Below the pieces are notes generated by a model. The model searched no databases and was not told the origin of the DNA. It was given only the letters and a program-made list of their open reading frames with translations. The position numbers and the translations under genes are program-made. Below, piece after piece: positions 27,301 to 40,066 of a DNA stretch of 64,000 bases. Position 1 is the stretch's first letter. Each line of letters opens with the position of its first letter. The DNA comes from Octopus vulgaris (taxonomy: Eukaryota): the NCBI GenBank assembly GCA_951406725.2, contig OX597827.1, forward strand, positions 2,852,001 to 2,916,000. Direction: 5' to 3'.

Positions 27301-27823
27301 TACACTCCACCACAAATTTTCTGTTCTTCCTGGTAAAGTAAGATGCAACCGTAAATATTTATCCTTGTGGAACAATCAGTTGCTAGGTTTTCCCCCACTG
27401 TTAACTTTTTTAATACAGAGACAAACAGAATTGTTAGGTTTTTTTTCTCCTTATGGTTAACATCTTCAACACACAGAACAACCAACAGACAGACAGACAG
27501 AGTTGTTAAGTTTTCCCCTACAGTTAACATCTTCAGTATATGAGAGAGAGAGGGGGGAGAGAAGAAGAGAGAGACAGACAAACAGACAGAGTGAAAGAGA
27601 AGACATATTTGAGTCACACATTTTATTACTGATCAATGTGGTTGTTGTTGTTGTGATTGTGATTGTGGTGTCTGTTGTGTAAGTAGTCGTCATAGTTGTC
27701 GATCAGTCATGGTGTTCCTGTAATGGACAAGATGGTTCTATTGATGTTTTGCGGCTGTTAGCCCCCAGATCAATCTCGATCAAGCAGACTTATGACTCTT
27801 GCTATTCCATTTATGACCATGTA

Positions 27824-28075
27824 GGCGGTGTGTGGCTGAGTGGTTAGGGTGTTTAGACTCATGATTGCAAGAGTGTGAGTTTGATTCCTGCATTGGATGA
27901 TGTGTTGTGTTCTTGAACAAAACATTTTATTTCACATTGCTCCACTCCACTCAGTTGACAAAAATGACTAACCCTACAATAGACTAGCGTCCTATCCTGG
28001 TGAGAAATAGATATGACATGAAACCACGAAACTGGCCCTTATGACTTGACATGATGTGAGAAGGCAACTTAACTT
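27824..28075 (+). mobile_element. tRNA-derived SINE family D
   Basis: A-box tggctgagtgg, B-box gagtttgattcc, gtgttcttgaacaaaaca, and a V-domain-like ccctacaatagactagcgtcctatcc; second copy at 47915. Confidence 0.7.
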
Positions 28076-28697
28076 AAATTTATGACCATCCAGTCTTCAT
28101 ATTTCAAATCATGTATCTAACTAAAAACTGTATTATCCAATGTGTTCATGTCCTTTATAAAACAATAAATTCTCTTGGGTACGACTTCAAATTACATTTA
28201 GTAGTGAAGACCTGGTTTAGGAGTTCCAAGATTTTGGAAAATGTGGAACTGCCTTTTAGCCATTACTGTTCCAAAGCCTACTCTGACCTTATCAGGGTCC
28301 CAGCTATAAGAAGAAAAGGCAGTTCTGCTCTTCTAAATTCCATTGCCAAAGCATTGGTCAATTGGTCAAGCCAAAGCTAGAGTAGAAGACACTTGCACAC
28401 ATGAAATCAAACTATGAGTCGCATCATGACAAACTGAGCTTCATAACCTAAAGGCTATGCTTCTGAACACAATACTAATAATCATCATCCTTTCTACTAG
28501 AGGCACAAAGCCTGAAGTTTGGTGTAGGGGGATATCAACCCCAGTACATAACTGGTACTTATGGTATCAACACTGAAAGGGATGAAAGACAAAGTTGACC
28601 TCAACAGAATTTGAATTCAGAATGTAAAGACAGAAGAAATGCTGCTAAGCATTTTGCCCAGCATGCTGCCTTAATAATAATAATAATAATAATAATA

Positions 28698-28729
<32 letters not shown>

Positions 28730-28949
28730 GATATTCTTTTCTGCTATAGGCATAAAGACTGAAATTTTGTGGGAGGGGTGTCTAGTCAATTACATCAGTC
28801 CCAGTATTTGACTGGTGCTTAATCTATTGACCCCAAAAGAATGAAAGGCAAGGTTGACCTCGGCTGAATTTGAACTCAGAACATAAAGACAGATAAAATG
28901 CTGCTAAGAACTTTGCCTGACATGCTAACAATTCTGCCAGCATGATGCC

Positions 28950-28992
<43 letters not shown>

Positions 28993-29171
28993 TAACTAGG
29001 TCTTCACTACTAAATGTAATTTGAAGTCGTACCCAAGAGAATTTACTGTTTTAAAAAGGACATGAACACATTGGATAATACAGTTTTTAGTTAGATACAC
29101 TATTTGAAATATGAAGACTGGATGGTCATAAATTTAAGTTAAGTTGCCTTCTCACATCATGTCAAGTCATA
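28041..29171. repeat. Inverted duplication of about 177 bp (28041-28217 and 28994-29171)
   Basis: The arms are reverse complements with only a few mismatches. Confidence 0.95.
28490..28950 (-). mobile_element. Two family B SINEs separated by (AAT)n
   Basis: 28490-28670 and 28735-28950, both reverse-oriented tail-type-2 copies. Confidence 0.85.
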
Positions 29172-29177
29172 ACGGCC

Positions 29178-29585
29178 AGGAGTGGCTGTGTGGTAAGTAG
29201 CTTGCTAACCAGCCACATGGTTCTGGGTTCAGTCCCACCGCGTGGCATCTTGGGCAAGCGTCTTCTGCTATAGCCCCGGGCCAACCAATGCCTTGTGAAT
29301 GGATTTGGTAGACAGAAACTGAAAGAAGCCTGTCGTATATATGTATATATATATATGTGTATGTGTGTGTGTGTTTGTGTGTCTGTGTTTGTCCCCCTAG
29401 CATTGCTTGACAACCAATGCTGGTGTGTTTATGTCCCCATTACTTAGCGGTTCGGCAAAAGAGACAGATAGAATAAGTACTGGGCTTACAAAAGAATAAG
29501 TCCCGGGGTCGAGTTGTTTGATTAAAAGCGGTGCTCCAGCATGGCCACGGTCAGATGACTGAAACAAGTAAAAGAGTAAAAGAAT
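29178..29585 (+). mobile_element. SINE family A, full-length reference copy
   Basis: ggagtggctgtgtggtaagtagcttgct...gggttcagtccc...cttgggcaagcg...(TA)(TG)...gactgaaacaagtaaaagagtaaaaga. Confidence 0.92.
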
Positions 29586-29596
29586 AATAATAATAA

Positions 29597-29799
29597 TCCT
29601 TTCTTCTTTAGGCACAAGGCCTGCAATTTATTGGGCTGGGACAAAGCAATTATATCAATGCCAGTGGTCAACTGCTACTTATTTTATTGATATTGAATGG
29701 ATGAAATCAAAGTTAGCCTTGGTGGAATTTGAGCTAAGAAGGATGAAATGCTGCTAAGAATTTTGTCTGACACAGTAACAATTCTGACAGCTCACCACC

Positions 29800-29800
<1 letters not shown>
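29597..29800 (-). mobile_element. Family B SINE
   Basis: Reverse-oriented tail-type-2 copy between (AAT)n tracts. Confidence 0.75.
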
Positions 29801-29839
<39 letters not shown>

Positions 29840-29841
<2 letters not shown>

Positions 29842-30360
29842 GCCCTGATGCAGTACCAGTCAGTGGCTCTCATGGCTTTTGTTCTTACTGATTGGAAGTG
29901 TTATCATGTACATTGTTTTGTCTTGGTATAAAAGATGGGCTGCAGCAAATATTCTGCTCAATACCACATATTTGCTTGTCAGTTGTTTGACCTTAACCAG
30001 TTGAGCATTTCCCTTAGTGGCTGATGATATGTGCATCTCTGATCACGAGCAGAAGTAGTGGGTGAGCATCATAGCCATGTGTTGAGAGGAATTCTGTGGG
30101 GTTTGAATAATTCACCTCTGGAAACATGGGTGGTTCTTTCAACATCCTTAAACAATCCTTATTCAGGGACCTTTTGAGCGGGATGGGCTACGCGACCAGC
30201 AGAAAATTCTAACTGGGTCCCACCTGCAAGGTCATGCCCTGTTTATCTTGACATAAGGCCACCATGTTGTGCACATTTGGTTGCAGTACATGTGCCTTGT
30301 GTTCCCTTCTCGGACAGGTAGTCATGATGGGTATATTGGGCTTTGTATATGTGTACCCCA
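29840..30360 (+). mobile_element. Dispersed repeat E between two (AAT)n arrays
   Basis: Matches 12818-13270 in reverse; (AAT)n on both sides; no recognised protein. Confidence 0.85.
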
Positions 30361-30390
<30 letters not shown>

Positions 30391-30392
<2 letters not shown>

Positions 30393-30590
30393 GGAAATTG
30401 GAAGAGAGTGATCAGTAGAGCTGTTACAAAAAGTTTGCCTCATTGGCACAGCCAGAATCATTAGGAAAGTATTAGACAGTTGAAAAAAACAGAAAGCATG
30501 GTACCATAAGCTGCAGGTAGCAAGCCCACGACACGCGCAAGACTCCAGGACTTCCAACAAAAAAAAACAAAAAAAAAACGGAGTTAAAAG
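30391..30590 (+). pseudogene. R4/Dong-clade non-LTR retrotransposon 3' end
   Basis: VELLQKVCLIGTARIIRKVLDS* plus 3' UTR, flanked by (AAT)n. Confidence 0.8.
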
Positions 30591-30834
30591 AATAATAATA
30601 AAAATTTTATGTAAATTCCTCTCTGCATAAATGTCATCTTATTCATTCTGTGTTGTTATAAATTTTATAAAGAGATTTTTCTTTTTAACACCAGACATCA
30701 GTTTTAGTTTTTTTTTTTATATATTACATGACACTTCACCAATTTGCATCTTTGATACTAAAACTAGTTGTCCCTTGACATCTCTGGTTGAGTATTGTGT
30801 GCAGTTTGTATAAATTAAAGCAAGCGTAAAACAT

Positions 30835-31207
30835 AACAAGAGCACTCAGAAAGTGCAAACCTCTGCCAAGGCAACACCAAGGCAACTCTCAACAATTAAC
30901 CAGTGATGACTTTTAAAATGAGAATATCTTAAGTAAACTCGACTGCTCTCACAAACGAGAATACTAAAAATGAACCCGTCTACTCTCAAAAATTAAGTAA
31001 AAAAACAGGAAAAATAATCCAGAATCCTTGTCTGGTACCGGATCAATCCCAAAATATAATCAGTTCATGCCAGTCATGAGTCAAAATATCTCTGAAAGTT
31101 TCATACAAATCCATCCTGCAGGTTTTGAGATATCTTTTTCCACAGACAAACAAGCAAACAAACACAACTGAAAACAATACCTCCGCCTTTATTAAGGCAG
31201 AGGTAAT
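30835..31207 (-). mobile_element. Helentron/DINE-type non-autonomous element
   Basis: Hairpin tacctccgcctt-tatt-aaggcagaggta at one end; matching acctctgcc sub-terminal repeat, gcact/agtgc hairpin and aacaag at the other; internal (CAAA)n. Confidence 0.6.
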
Positions 31208-31339
31208 AATACTAATAATAATTATTATTATTATTGCGTGAAATGTTTTTCATTTTGACACAAGGCCAGTGGTTGTGCAGCATTTTCTTTGGTACTCTGA
31301 TTATTCTGCCAGTACATTGCTTTAATGATGATGATAATG

Positions 31340-32227
31340 ATTTCTACAAAAAGCACAAGGCCTGAAATTTTGGGGGATGAGACTAGTCAATTACATCACC
31401 ACCAGGGGAATTTAAACTGGTACCTATTGACCCCAGTGGAATTTAAACTCAAAATGTAGCGATGGATTTATACTGCTAAATATTTCACCCAGCATGCTAA
31501 CGATTCTGCCATCCCACTGCCTTAAATGCTAATAATAATAATAATAATAATGATAATAATAATAGTTGAAGATAGTGCCAATTATTATTGGGGCTTTGGG
31601 AACAGTATTAAAAGCTTTTGAGACCGATATAAAGGAAATGGGAATAGAGTGCCTGGTAGTGGTGTTGCTAAAAGTTTGCCATTTTGGCACAGCCAGAATC
31701 ATCAGGAAAGTATTAGACAGCTGAAGTGAAAAAATGGCATAGTACTGTAGGCTGCAAGTAGCAAGCCTGATACTGGCACAAGATTCCACGAATTCCAACA
31801 AAAACCCTCATTAAAATAACAACAACAATAATAATAATAATCCTTGCTACTATAGACACAAGGCCTGAAATTTGGTGGAGTGGGGTAGTTGATTACTCAG
31901 CTGGTACTTAATTTATTGACCCTGAAAGAATGAAAGGCAAAGTGGACCTAGGTGGAATTTGAAACCAATAATAATAATTTTCAAATGTTAGTAAAGTGTT
32001 GTCAGTAATTTCAAAGGATGGGATTTAGTTAATTACCTTCACCCCTCATACCCAACTGATGCTTATTTTATCAACCTCAGTACCTGACCGGTACTTACAT
32101 TATTGACCCTGAAAGGATGAAAAGTAAAGTTAAACTCAACAAAATATGAAATCAGAATGTAAAGAGCTGGAAGAAATGCTGCCAAGCATTTTGTTTGGTA
32201 TGATGACAGTTCTACTAGCATGCTGCC

Positions 32228-32265
<38 letters not shown>

Positions 32266-32475
32266 CCTTTCTACTATAGGCAAAAGGCTTGAAATTTTGG
32301 GGGAAGGGATGAGTCGATTACATTGACCCTAGTGTTTCCCTGGTACTTAATTTATTGACTCCGAAAGAATGAAAGGCAAAGTCGACCTTGGCAACATTTG
32401 AACTCAGAGCATGAAGACAGACGAAATGCCACTAAGCATTTCGCTTGGTGTGATAATGTTTCTGCCAGTTTGCTA
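31340..32475 (-). mobile_element. Run of family B SINEs in (AAT)n arrays
   Basis: Copies near 31340-31525, 31840-31965, 32050-32230 and 32265-32475, all on the minus strand. Confidence 0.8.
31566..31820 (+). pseudogene. R4/Dong-clade non-LTR retrotransposon 3' end
   Basis: LKIVPIIIGALGTVLK...VLLKVCHFGTARIIRKVLDS*; same 3' UTR as the 30391 copy; (AAT)n flanks. Confidence 0.85.
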
Positions 32476-33559
32476 ACTATAATAATAATAATAATAATAT
32501 TAATAATAATAAAATGACTATAATAATAATAATGAAATAAATAAGTTAAAAACAATAATAATATTAACAATACCAAACTGAAATTTTAAAAAACCATGTA
32601 CAGAAATTGATTTAGTTATAGTTTTTCTCTGTTATTCCCTACCTTTTTGACCTCACCAAATTATAGGAGGAAAAAAAAAACTCTACATCTGCAAACAATG
32701 GAAGATTAAAGGACAAACCTAACAAGCAGAGAAGCAAACAAGCAAGTAAAAATAATAATGAATAGACAAAAACAAATAGTTGCTAAAAACAAAGAAGAGG
32801 AACAACATGGATAAATAAATACAAAATGTAAAAACAAAAATTAAATGTCTAAAAAAAAATAATAATTTAAGCTTTCTTCTTTAAGGAGACATTCTTGCAG
32901 AAGTTTAGAATCAAATAATTAAAAATTAAAAGAACATATATATGTAATAAAAGAGGGAATGAACTATCAAAATAATTTTTGAAAACAATGGGAGAAAAAA
33001 AAAAAAAGTAACTAATTTAGAAAAATCTTGAAAAGGTAGAAAAGAATGAATTAATTAGCATCTTTTTTTGTTCTGTTTTACCTCTGAAAATATAATTTGT
33101 TTGTTTGGTTTCCTTTTTTTTTGCTGCTTCATGTGTGTGTATACATATATATACATATATACACACACATGCATGCACTTATACACACACACACACCACA
33201 TAAATATTCCTTATTAAATTCTTTTGGTTCCTTCAGATGGTTGGCACTTCCTTTCGTTCACATTGTCTTTTGCCATATTGAGACAGAAGATATCCACCCC
33301 TTTCCTCACTTACACAAATACAAAATTTTTTGATAAAAATGTTATAATCCTGAGAATAACATCAAATTAATATTTTCATATATTTGGTGAAATTGGTTTT
33401 ACAGGGAATGTCCAATAAGCCTGAAATATATCCAGACTTGTCTCCCATACTTGTTTAAAACAACATCAGTCATTAGACAAATGTTAGCTTTTCTTCACTA
33501 TCTGTGTATGTAGTCTTAGCATATTTTCAATGCTAACTGTATTATAGTATCCCTAATCT

Positions 33560-34895
33560 TATTGTCTTCAAATGTCATGCTTGCAGGTCATCAGTGTTCA
33601 TGGATCTTCAAGTCATCCTGTCCCACATACAGCATGCTATTGGGCAAGCCTTTATGGATCTAGCTGGTAAGACCATTCACTCTCTCTCTCTCTCTCTCTC
33701 TCTCAGCTGCTTCTTCATTTCAGTTTGCTGGTTGTCACCAAGTACTTGAGTGCTTTTAGTTTCATGTGATGTCCAATGGACAGAGCCTGTTGACTTTTTG
33801 CACTCTTGAAATATTTGCAGATAGTCTTTGCTTGTCAAGAGACTTTGAAGTTGGTCATTCTGTTTGCATAGGGCATCATCAGTATTCATCTAAGGAACCA
33901 GATCCCTGAATATATCAGGATATGTTCTATATTCCCCCAAGATCCCTCTTCCTCACTGTTCCTGATAGTCTCTTATTTGATAAAATATCTTTGCTCTCAT
34001 TATAAACAGCTTTGGCATGTTCAATCCTTGACATAATTTCTTCAATGAATAGTTTCCAAATATTTAAAATTACTGACTTGTTTCAAGGTAGTTTGCTGTA
34101 TTAACCTTTTTTGATACTAACCTGCATGAGGCAGCCCTTGATTGTACGATACAAACTTAACATTTTAAAGAGATTTAAATTTAGAAAAACCAACAAAACA
34201 AAAATCCTCCATCAAATTTTATGTCATGTTCCAAAAACTAGATTATAAATTAACTGAAACGAAGGCAGTGTATTTTAATAGAAACATAGCAATGAAAAGA
34301 TTGTTATATTGCAAGCTGGTAATATTTTCTTTGACATTAAGTTGGCAAGATGACAGAATTGTAAGCACACCAGGCAGAATGCCTAAGTGACATTTCATCT
34401 GTCTTTGCATTCTGAGTTCAAATTCCGCTGAGGTCCACTTTGCTTTCCGTCCTTTCAAGGTCGATAAAATAAATACCAGTTGATGTAATCCACTAATTTG
34501 CTTCCCCGAGCTTCCTGGCCTTGTACCAAAATTTGAAACCAATATTCTCTTTGAGATTGTCATTATCTCTTTCTTCTCTTGAGACCTGAACCCATCTTTC
34601 CACTCTCACCATTAATTCTATTAACAAATGTTTGTAGATCTTACTCTGTTGTTACTATGAAGACTGTCATCTACATAATGAATAATGTTAATGGTTTGTC
34701 TGTATACATGGTGGGTGGATGTTAATCAATCTCATAATTATTTCACTATGATCAATAATTTGCTGTGTTCAATAAAACCCATCCACCACAGCAAAAACTG
34801 ATGCCCCAAACCATTCTGTTTATGCTTATGATCCATTCTACACCATCAAGTATTCTCCATTTCCCATTCTGTTAACACCTGGTCCTCCATCACTC
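33560..34895 (-). pseudogene. Decayed RTE-type LINE interrupted by younger insertions
   Basis: Minus strand gives HYVDD...DLQTFVNRIN (near 34670), then EEIMSRIEHAKAV...ILSNKRLS and LFIGHHMK..LKYLVTTSKL in collinear order; a family B SINE sits inside at 34342-34545. Confidence 0.6.
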
Positions 34896-34899
34896 CTTT

Positions 34900-35105
34900 A
34901 TATTCTTTTATTCTTTTCAGTCATTTTACTGCGGCTATGCTGGAGCACCGCCTTTAGTCGAGTAAATCGACCTCAGGACTTTGAAAGCCTAGTAGTTATT
35001 CTATCAGTCTCTCTTGCCGAACTGCTAAGTGACGGGTACGTAAACACATCAGCATCGGTTGCCAAGCGATGTTGAGGGGACAAACACATACACAAACATA
35101 TACAT

Positions 35106-35140
<35 letters not shown>

Positions 35141-35292
35141 ACAAGCTTCTTTCAGTTTCAGTCTACCAAATCCACTCACAAGGCTTTGGTTGGCCCGAGG
35201 TTATAGTAGAAGACACTTGACCAAGGTTCCACGCAGTGGGATTGAACCCGGAACGATGTGGTTGGTAAGCAAGCTACTTACCACACAGCCAC
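34900..35292 (-). mobile_element. SINE family A
   Basis: Full reverse-complement copy. Confidence 0.9.
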
Positions 35293-36453
35293 GAACTACA
35301 TGACAACTGTAATTACTTGAGGGTAGCATTAGCACATTACTCCTTTCTCTTTCTTTGCACTACCATTTACCTACTCCCCACTATTTCCTTCTTGTATTCT
35401 GTCCATTTTCTGTCTTGAAAAATACTTAGTAATCTTACTAAAGCTGGTAACAGTATGAACAGTAAGGCAATTGGCATTAGGAAGGGTATCCAGCCATAGA
35501 AACCATGCCAAAGCTGACACTGGAGCTTGGCACAGCCCTGCAGTTTGCTGGATTCTGCTAAACCACCCAACTTATGCCAGCCTCGAAAACAAATGTTAAC
35601 GGATGATGATTTTCTGGTGATCACTAACTTAGCTGTTGTTTTCATGAAGATGGTGTCTCAGAGCAGCATAAAGCCAAACTGTAATGTTGATTACCTAAAA
35701 ACAATGCAGAATTAAAAGTAGTCTGCAAAACAGGAATTAAATTTTAAAATAAAAAAATGTTTGTTTTAAATTACAATGGAGTCAATTCTAATAGCTAAAT
35801 AAAAACGAAATCTTGAATAGATTAATTAATCAAAATTTTATATTATTTTTGAAATGTTTTCTTTTTTTTCATTTTTTTAAAAAATATTTGCAAAAGAATA
35901 ATTTAGTTGATGAAGATGGATGATACATTTTTATGAGTCAATAGAGTGGTTGTTTCTATTGAAGAAGAAGTGAATGAAAGAATGTCTCATATTGATGTGT
36001 ATTCTTGCTTCAGCCTTGTTCCAGCAGACCAGTTGCTGCATTTAAGTAGCCATGGTTGTTTTGTATGCTTACCATGTTTAAAAAAAAAAAAATTGCCTAT
36101 TCTTTCATTGGTTACGGTCGTTGGGCTGCAGTCATTCCAGAGGTCTGTCTTGAGGCAGTTTTAATCAACCATATCAACATCTGCACTTATTTTTAAGTCA
36201 AGTACTTATCTTACTTTATTTGCTGCAAGACATAAGCAAAACCAAATACACACACACATACAGATGTATGTGCAAAGGCATGGTTGTGTGGTTAAGAGGG
36301 TTGCCTACCAACCAAATGATTTCAGGTTCAGTCTACTGAATGACATCATGAGTACCATAAATATAAACTAAAAAAAACCTGTTGTTTTATATGTGTATGT
36401 GTGTGGTTGTGTCCCCTTGTCTTATAAGTGGCATTACTCCTTCCCAATATTCT

Positions 36454-36860
36454 TTTTTTTTTTCTCTACTCTAGGCACAAGGTCTGAAATTTTGGGGGAG
36501 GGGGCCAGTCGATTAGATCGATGCTGGTACACAACTGGTAATTAATTTATCCACCCCAGAATGATGAACAACAAAATCAACTTCGGCGGAATTTGAACTC
36601 AAATGTAAAGACAGATGAAATACCTATTTCTTTACTACCCACAAGGGGCTACACACAGAGGGGACAAACAAGGACAGACAAACAGATTAAGTCGATTATA
36701 TCGACCCCAGTGCGTAACTGGTACTTATTTAATCAACTCCGAAAGGATGAAAGGCAAAGTCGACCTCGGCGGAATTTGAACTCAGAACGTAGCGTCAGAC
36801 GAAATACCGCTCAGCATTTCACCTGATGTGCTAATGTTTCTGCCAGCTCACCACCTTATG
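36454..36860 (-). mobile_element. Dimeric family B SINE with a 15-bp TSD, nested in an A-head/C2 element (36278-37030)
   Basis: ccttcccaatattct at 36439-36453 and 36861-36875; two central blocks joined at gaaatacctatttct. Confidence 0.88.
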
Positions 36861-37199
36861 CCTTCCCAATATTCTGTGAGGTCAATGTCTGGTCATGGGG
36901 AAATATTACCTTGCTTGAAAACAGGTGATGGTTGGTGACAGGAAGAACATATGGATATAGAAAATCTGTTTCAATAAAAACTGTCCAACCTATGTAAACA
37001 AGGAAAAATGGATGTTGAACCTACCATGATATAAACATACATGCACACACACACACACACACACACACAGGGCTTTTATTTAGATTTCATCTACCAATTT
37101 CATAGACATTTAATAATGACGGAAAGTTTATAGTTTAAATATGAACATTGTAAAACAGGCAGTTTTGCATCACAGAGTTGTCTTGGCATTGAGTTAGAC

Positions 37200-37510
37200 C
37201 AGTGGTTCTCAAACTTTTTCAGGGTGCCAACCCCTTGACACTCAGGCCCCCTTTCTAGTGCCCTCACCCCAACTAACCATCACAACCATAGACCTCTTTC
37301 TGAAGCAAATTCAAAGCAACTGTATTTCACAAGTAAAACTTAACTGAATGAACCCATTAATTTGTTTGTTTTTACGTGAATCGCTACCCTGTTATTGCCC
37401 CACTTTTTACATGAATCACCACCTCATTATCACCCGACTTTTTTTTAATGCCCCTTTTGAATTTTCCACTGCCCCCAGTGGGGCAGTACTGCCCACTTTG
37501 GGAATCACTG
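37200..37510. mobile_element. hAT-type MITE
   Basis: TIRs CAGTGGTTCTCAAA and TTTGGGAATCACTG; 8-bp flanks agttagac and gattagac. Confidence 0.85.
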
Positions 37511-37594
37511 GATTAGACAGTTATCAAAAGAGTTAAATAGACATTTATAAAAGTCTGAAAAAGAAAGGTAGCATATTATGTGTTTACTACATCC

Positions 37595-38345
37595 TCTACT
37601 ATAGCCTTGGGCCGACCAAAGCCGTGTAAAGGGATTTGGTAGATGGAAACTGAAAAAAGCCTGTCGTAGATATGCATGTATACATATATATATATATATG
37701 TGGGTGTGTGTATATGTTTGTGTGTCGGTGTTTGTTCCCCCCAACATCACTTGACAACCGATGCTGGTGTGTTTACATCCCTGTAGCTTAGCGGTTCGGC
37801 AAAAGAGACCGATAAAATAATTACTAGGCTTACAAAGAATAAGTCCTGGGGTCGATTTGCTTGACTAAAAGGCGGTGCTCCAGCATGGCCACTGTCAAAT
37901 GACTGAAACAAGTAAAAGAGAGTGATAAAGTAAACCCTTTATTTATATTTTAGGTGCAAGTATGGCTGTTTGATTACAAAGCCTTCATTGCAGTTGTGTG
38001 TTTTCAGGTTCAGTCCCACTGCGCAGCACTCTGGGCAGGTGTCTTCTACTTAAAGTAGAAACCATCAAATACCATTTGAGAGAATTTGGTAGACAGAAAC
38101 TGAGAAGGAAACCATTGTGAATGAGTGTGTGTGTGTGGTGGACAGTATATGTCTACATGTCTGTGTTTGGTCCACTCCACAATTGACAGCCTGTGCTGGT
38201 TTGTTTACATCGCTGTAACTGAGTGGCTTGACAAAAAGTGACTGATGGAATGGGTACCAGACTTAAAAGGAAAAAGTCCTGGGGTTGGTTTGTTTGTCTA
38301 AATCCCTGCAAGGCTTTGCTCAGGTATGGTCGGAGCAAATAAGAG
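37595..38345 (+). mobile_element. Two tandem SINE A copies (one 5'-truncated and young, one degenerate)
   Basis: 37595-37922 and 37952-38345 match family A. Confidence 0.8.
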
Positions 38346-38805
38346 ACATGCATATTAATAGTCTTTCACATAAAAAACAGTGAGCCAACAAAAATACCTC
38401 TTATATATTTTGTTTTAGATTGTTTTATTTGTATGTTTTTGTCTTTTTGTTTAGTGTGGTGGGTCAGGGCTGTAACTCTCAGATCAGTGAGAATGATGCT
38501 ATTAACATTTTGCTAGGAAAAAAACATTATTGTAAATGGACAAATGCACAAACACACACACAAACTTGGATATATATACACATATATATATATATATATA
38601 TACACATACATGCATACACATACATATATATGCACACACACATATGCACACACACACACATATATACACAGCAATTACTGCAAAGAATTTGTCTGATGCG
38701 CTAATGTTTCATACAATTGATTGCCTTATACACAACAATACTGAAAATGCACTGTAGTTAGAGCTGCTTTGATGGCTCAGCCATTAAGGGTTAAGTACAT
38801 CAACA

Positions 38806-38838
<33 letters not shown>

Positions 38839-39304
38839 CATATGCCAGCATACAACAGACCTGTAATGTGATACAAACAGACACTTTAACCATTTAGTCA
38901 GCAGGTCAACATCATAATTGCCACACCAGTTGAGAATCATTTATGAATGAACGAAAAGGGGTTAAAAACGTATAAATGAATAAAGAATATGATAAGTGAA
39001 TAAATAAATAAATAAATGAATAAATAATTAAATAAATAGAGTAATGAAAGATAAATATAAAACAAAACTAGAGAAATGATTTATGAATGAATAAAAAAAA
39101 AACATTAAAAAATGGCACAAGAACACTGCTAAGCACATGAGATGAATTTTGATTAATTGTCATCTTGGCATTTTTTCTCTCTCTCTCCTTTCTGTCCTCT
39201 TCATATTAGAGACATTACTATTTTGGTCACATCCTGCATTTATTCACATATGCCAATAATACATACAACCACATAAACACATACACAGGTGTTCATACAT
39301 ATTC

Positions 39305-39344
<40 letters not shown>

Positions 39345-39422
39345 GAACTCACACACATGCACATATACAGAGGAATTTACAGATATATACAAGAATTCTG
39401 TTTATGCATGTATAACATGTGA

Positions 39423-39463
<41 letters not shown>

Positions 39464-39639
39464 TGTGTGTGCATGTTTGTGAAAATTGATGTTTTTTAAA
39501 ATTCATAAATTGTCCAGCATTTTAACAGACTTTCTTTGAGTAAACAGCAATTGGGAACAAACCAGCTTTTGTGAAAAATTAATATATTTGCGTGTGTGTG
39601 TGTGTATACATATATATATATATGTGTGTGTGTGTACTA

Positions 39640-40066
39640 TTTTTATTCTTTTTCCTTTCACTTGTTCCAGTCATTTGACTGTGGCCATACTGTAGCACTG
39701 CCTTTAAGGGGGTTAGTCAAAGAAATCAACCCCAGGATTTATTCTTTGTAAGACTAGCACTTATTCTATAAGTCTCTTTTGCCAAACCACTAAGTTACGG
39801 GTACATAGACATACCAGTATCACTTGTCAAGTGATGGTGGAGGACAAACACAAATACACACACAAATATATACATATATATATATATACACACACATATA
39901 TATATATATATATATATGACAGGCTTCTTCCTGTTTCTGTCTACCAAATCCACTCACAAGGCTTTGGTCAGCCTGAGGCTACAGTAGAAGACACTTACCC
40001 AAGTTTCCACATAGTGGGACTGAACTTGGAACCATGTAGCTGGAAAGCAAGCTTCTTACCACACAG
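39640..40066 (-). mobile_element. SINE family A
   Basis: Full reverse copy; a divergent + head follows at 40372-40520. Confidence 0.85.

Noticed and set aside
30015-30060. CTGATGA in repeat E as a hammerhead
   Set aside because: No correctly placed GAAA or stems.
36895-36965. Twister ribozyme remnant in family C2 (ttaccttgcttg..aaacaggtga.ggttgg)
   Set aside because: The position resembles RTE-associated twisters, but the conserved UAA and pseudoknot pairings could not be found.
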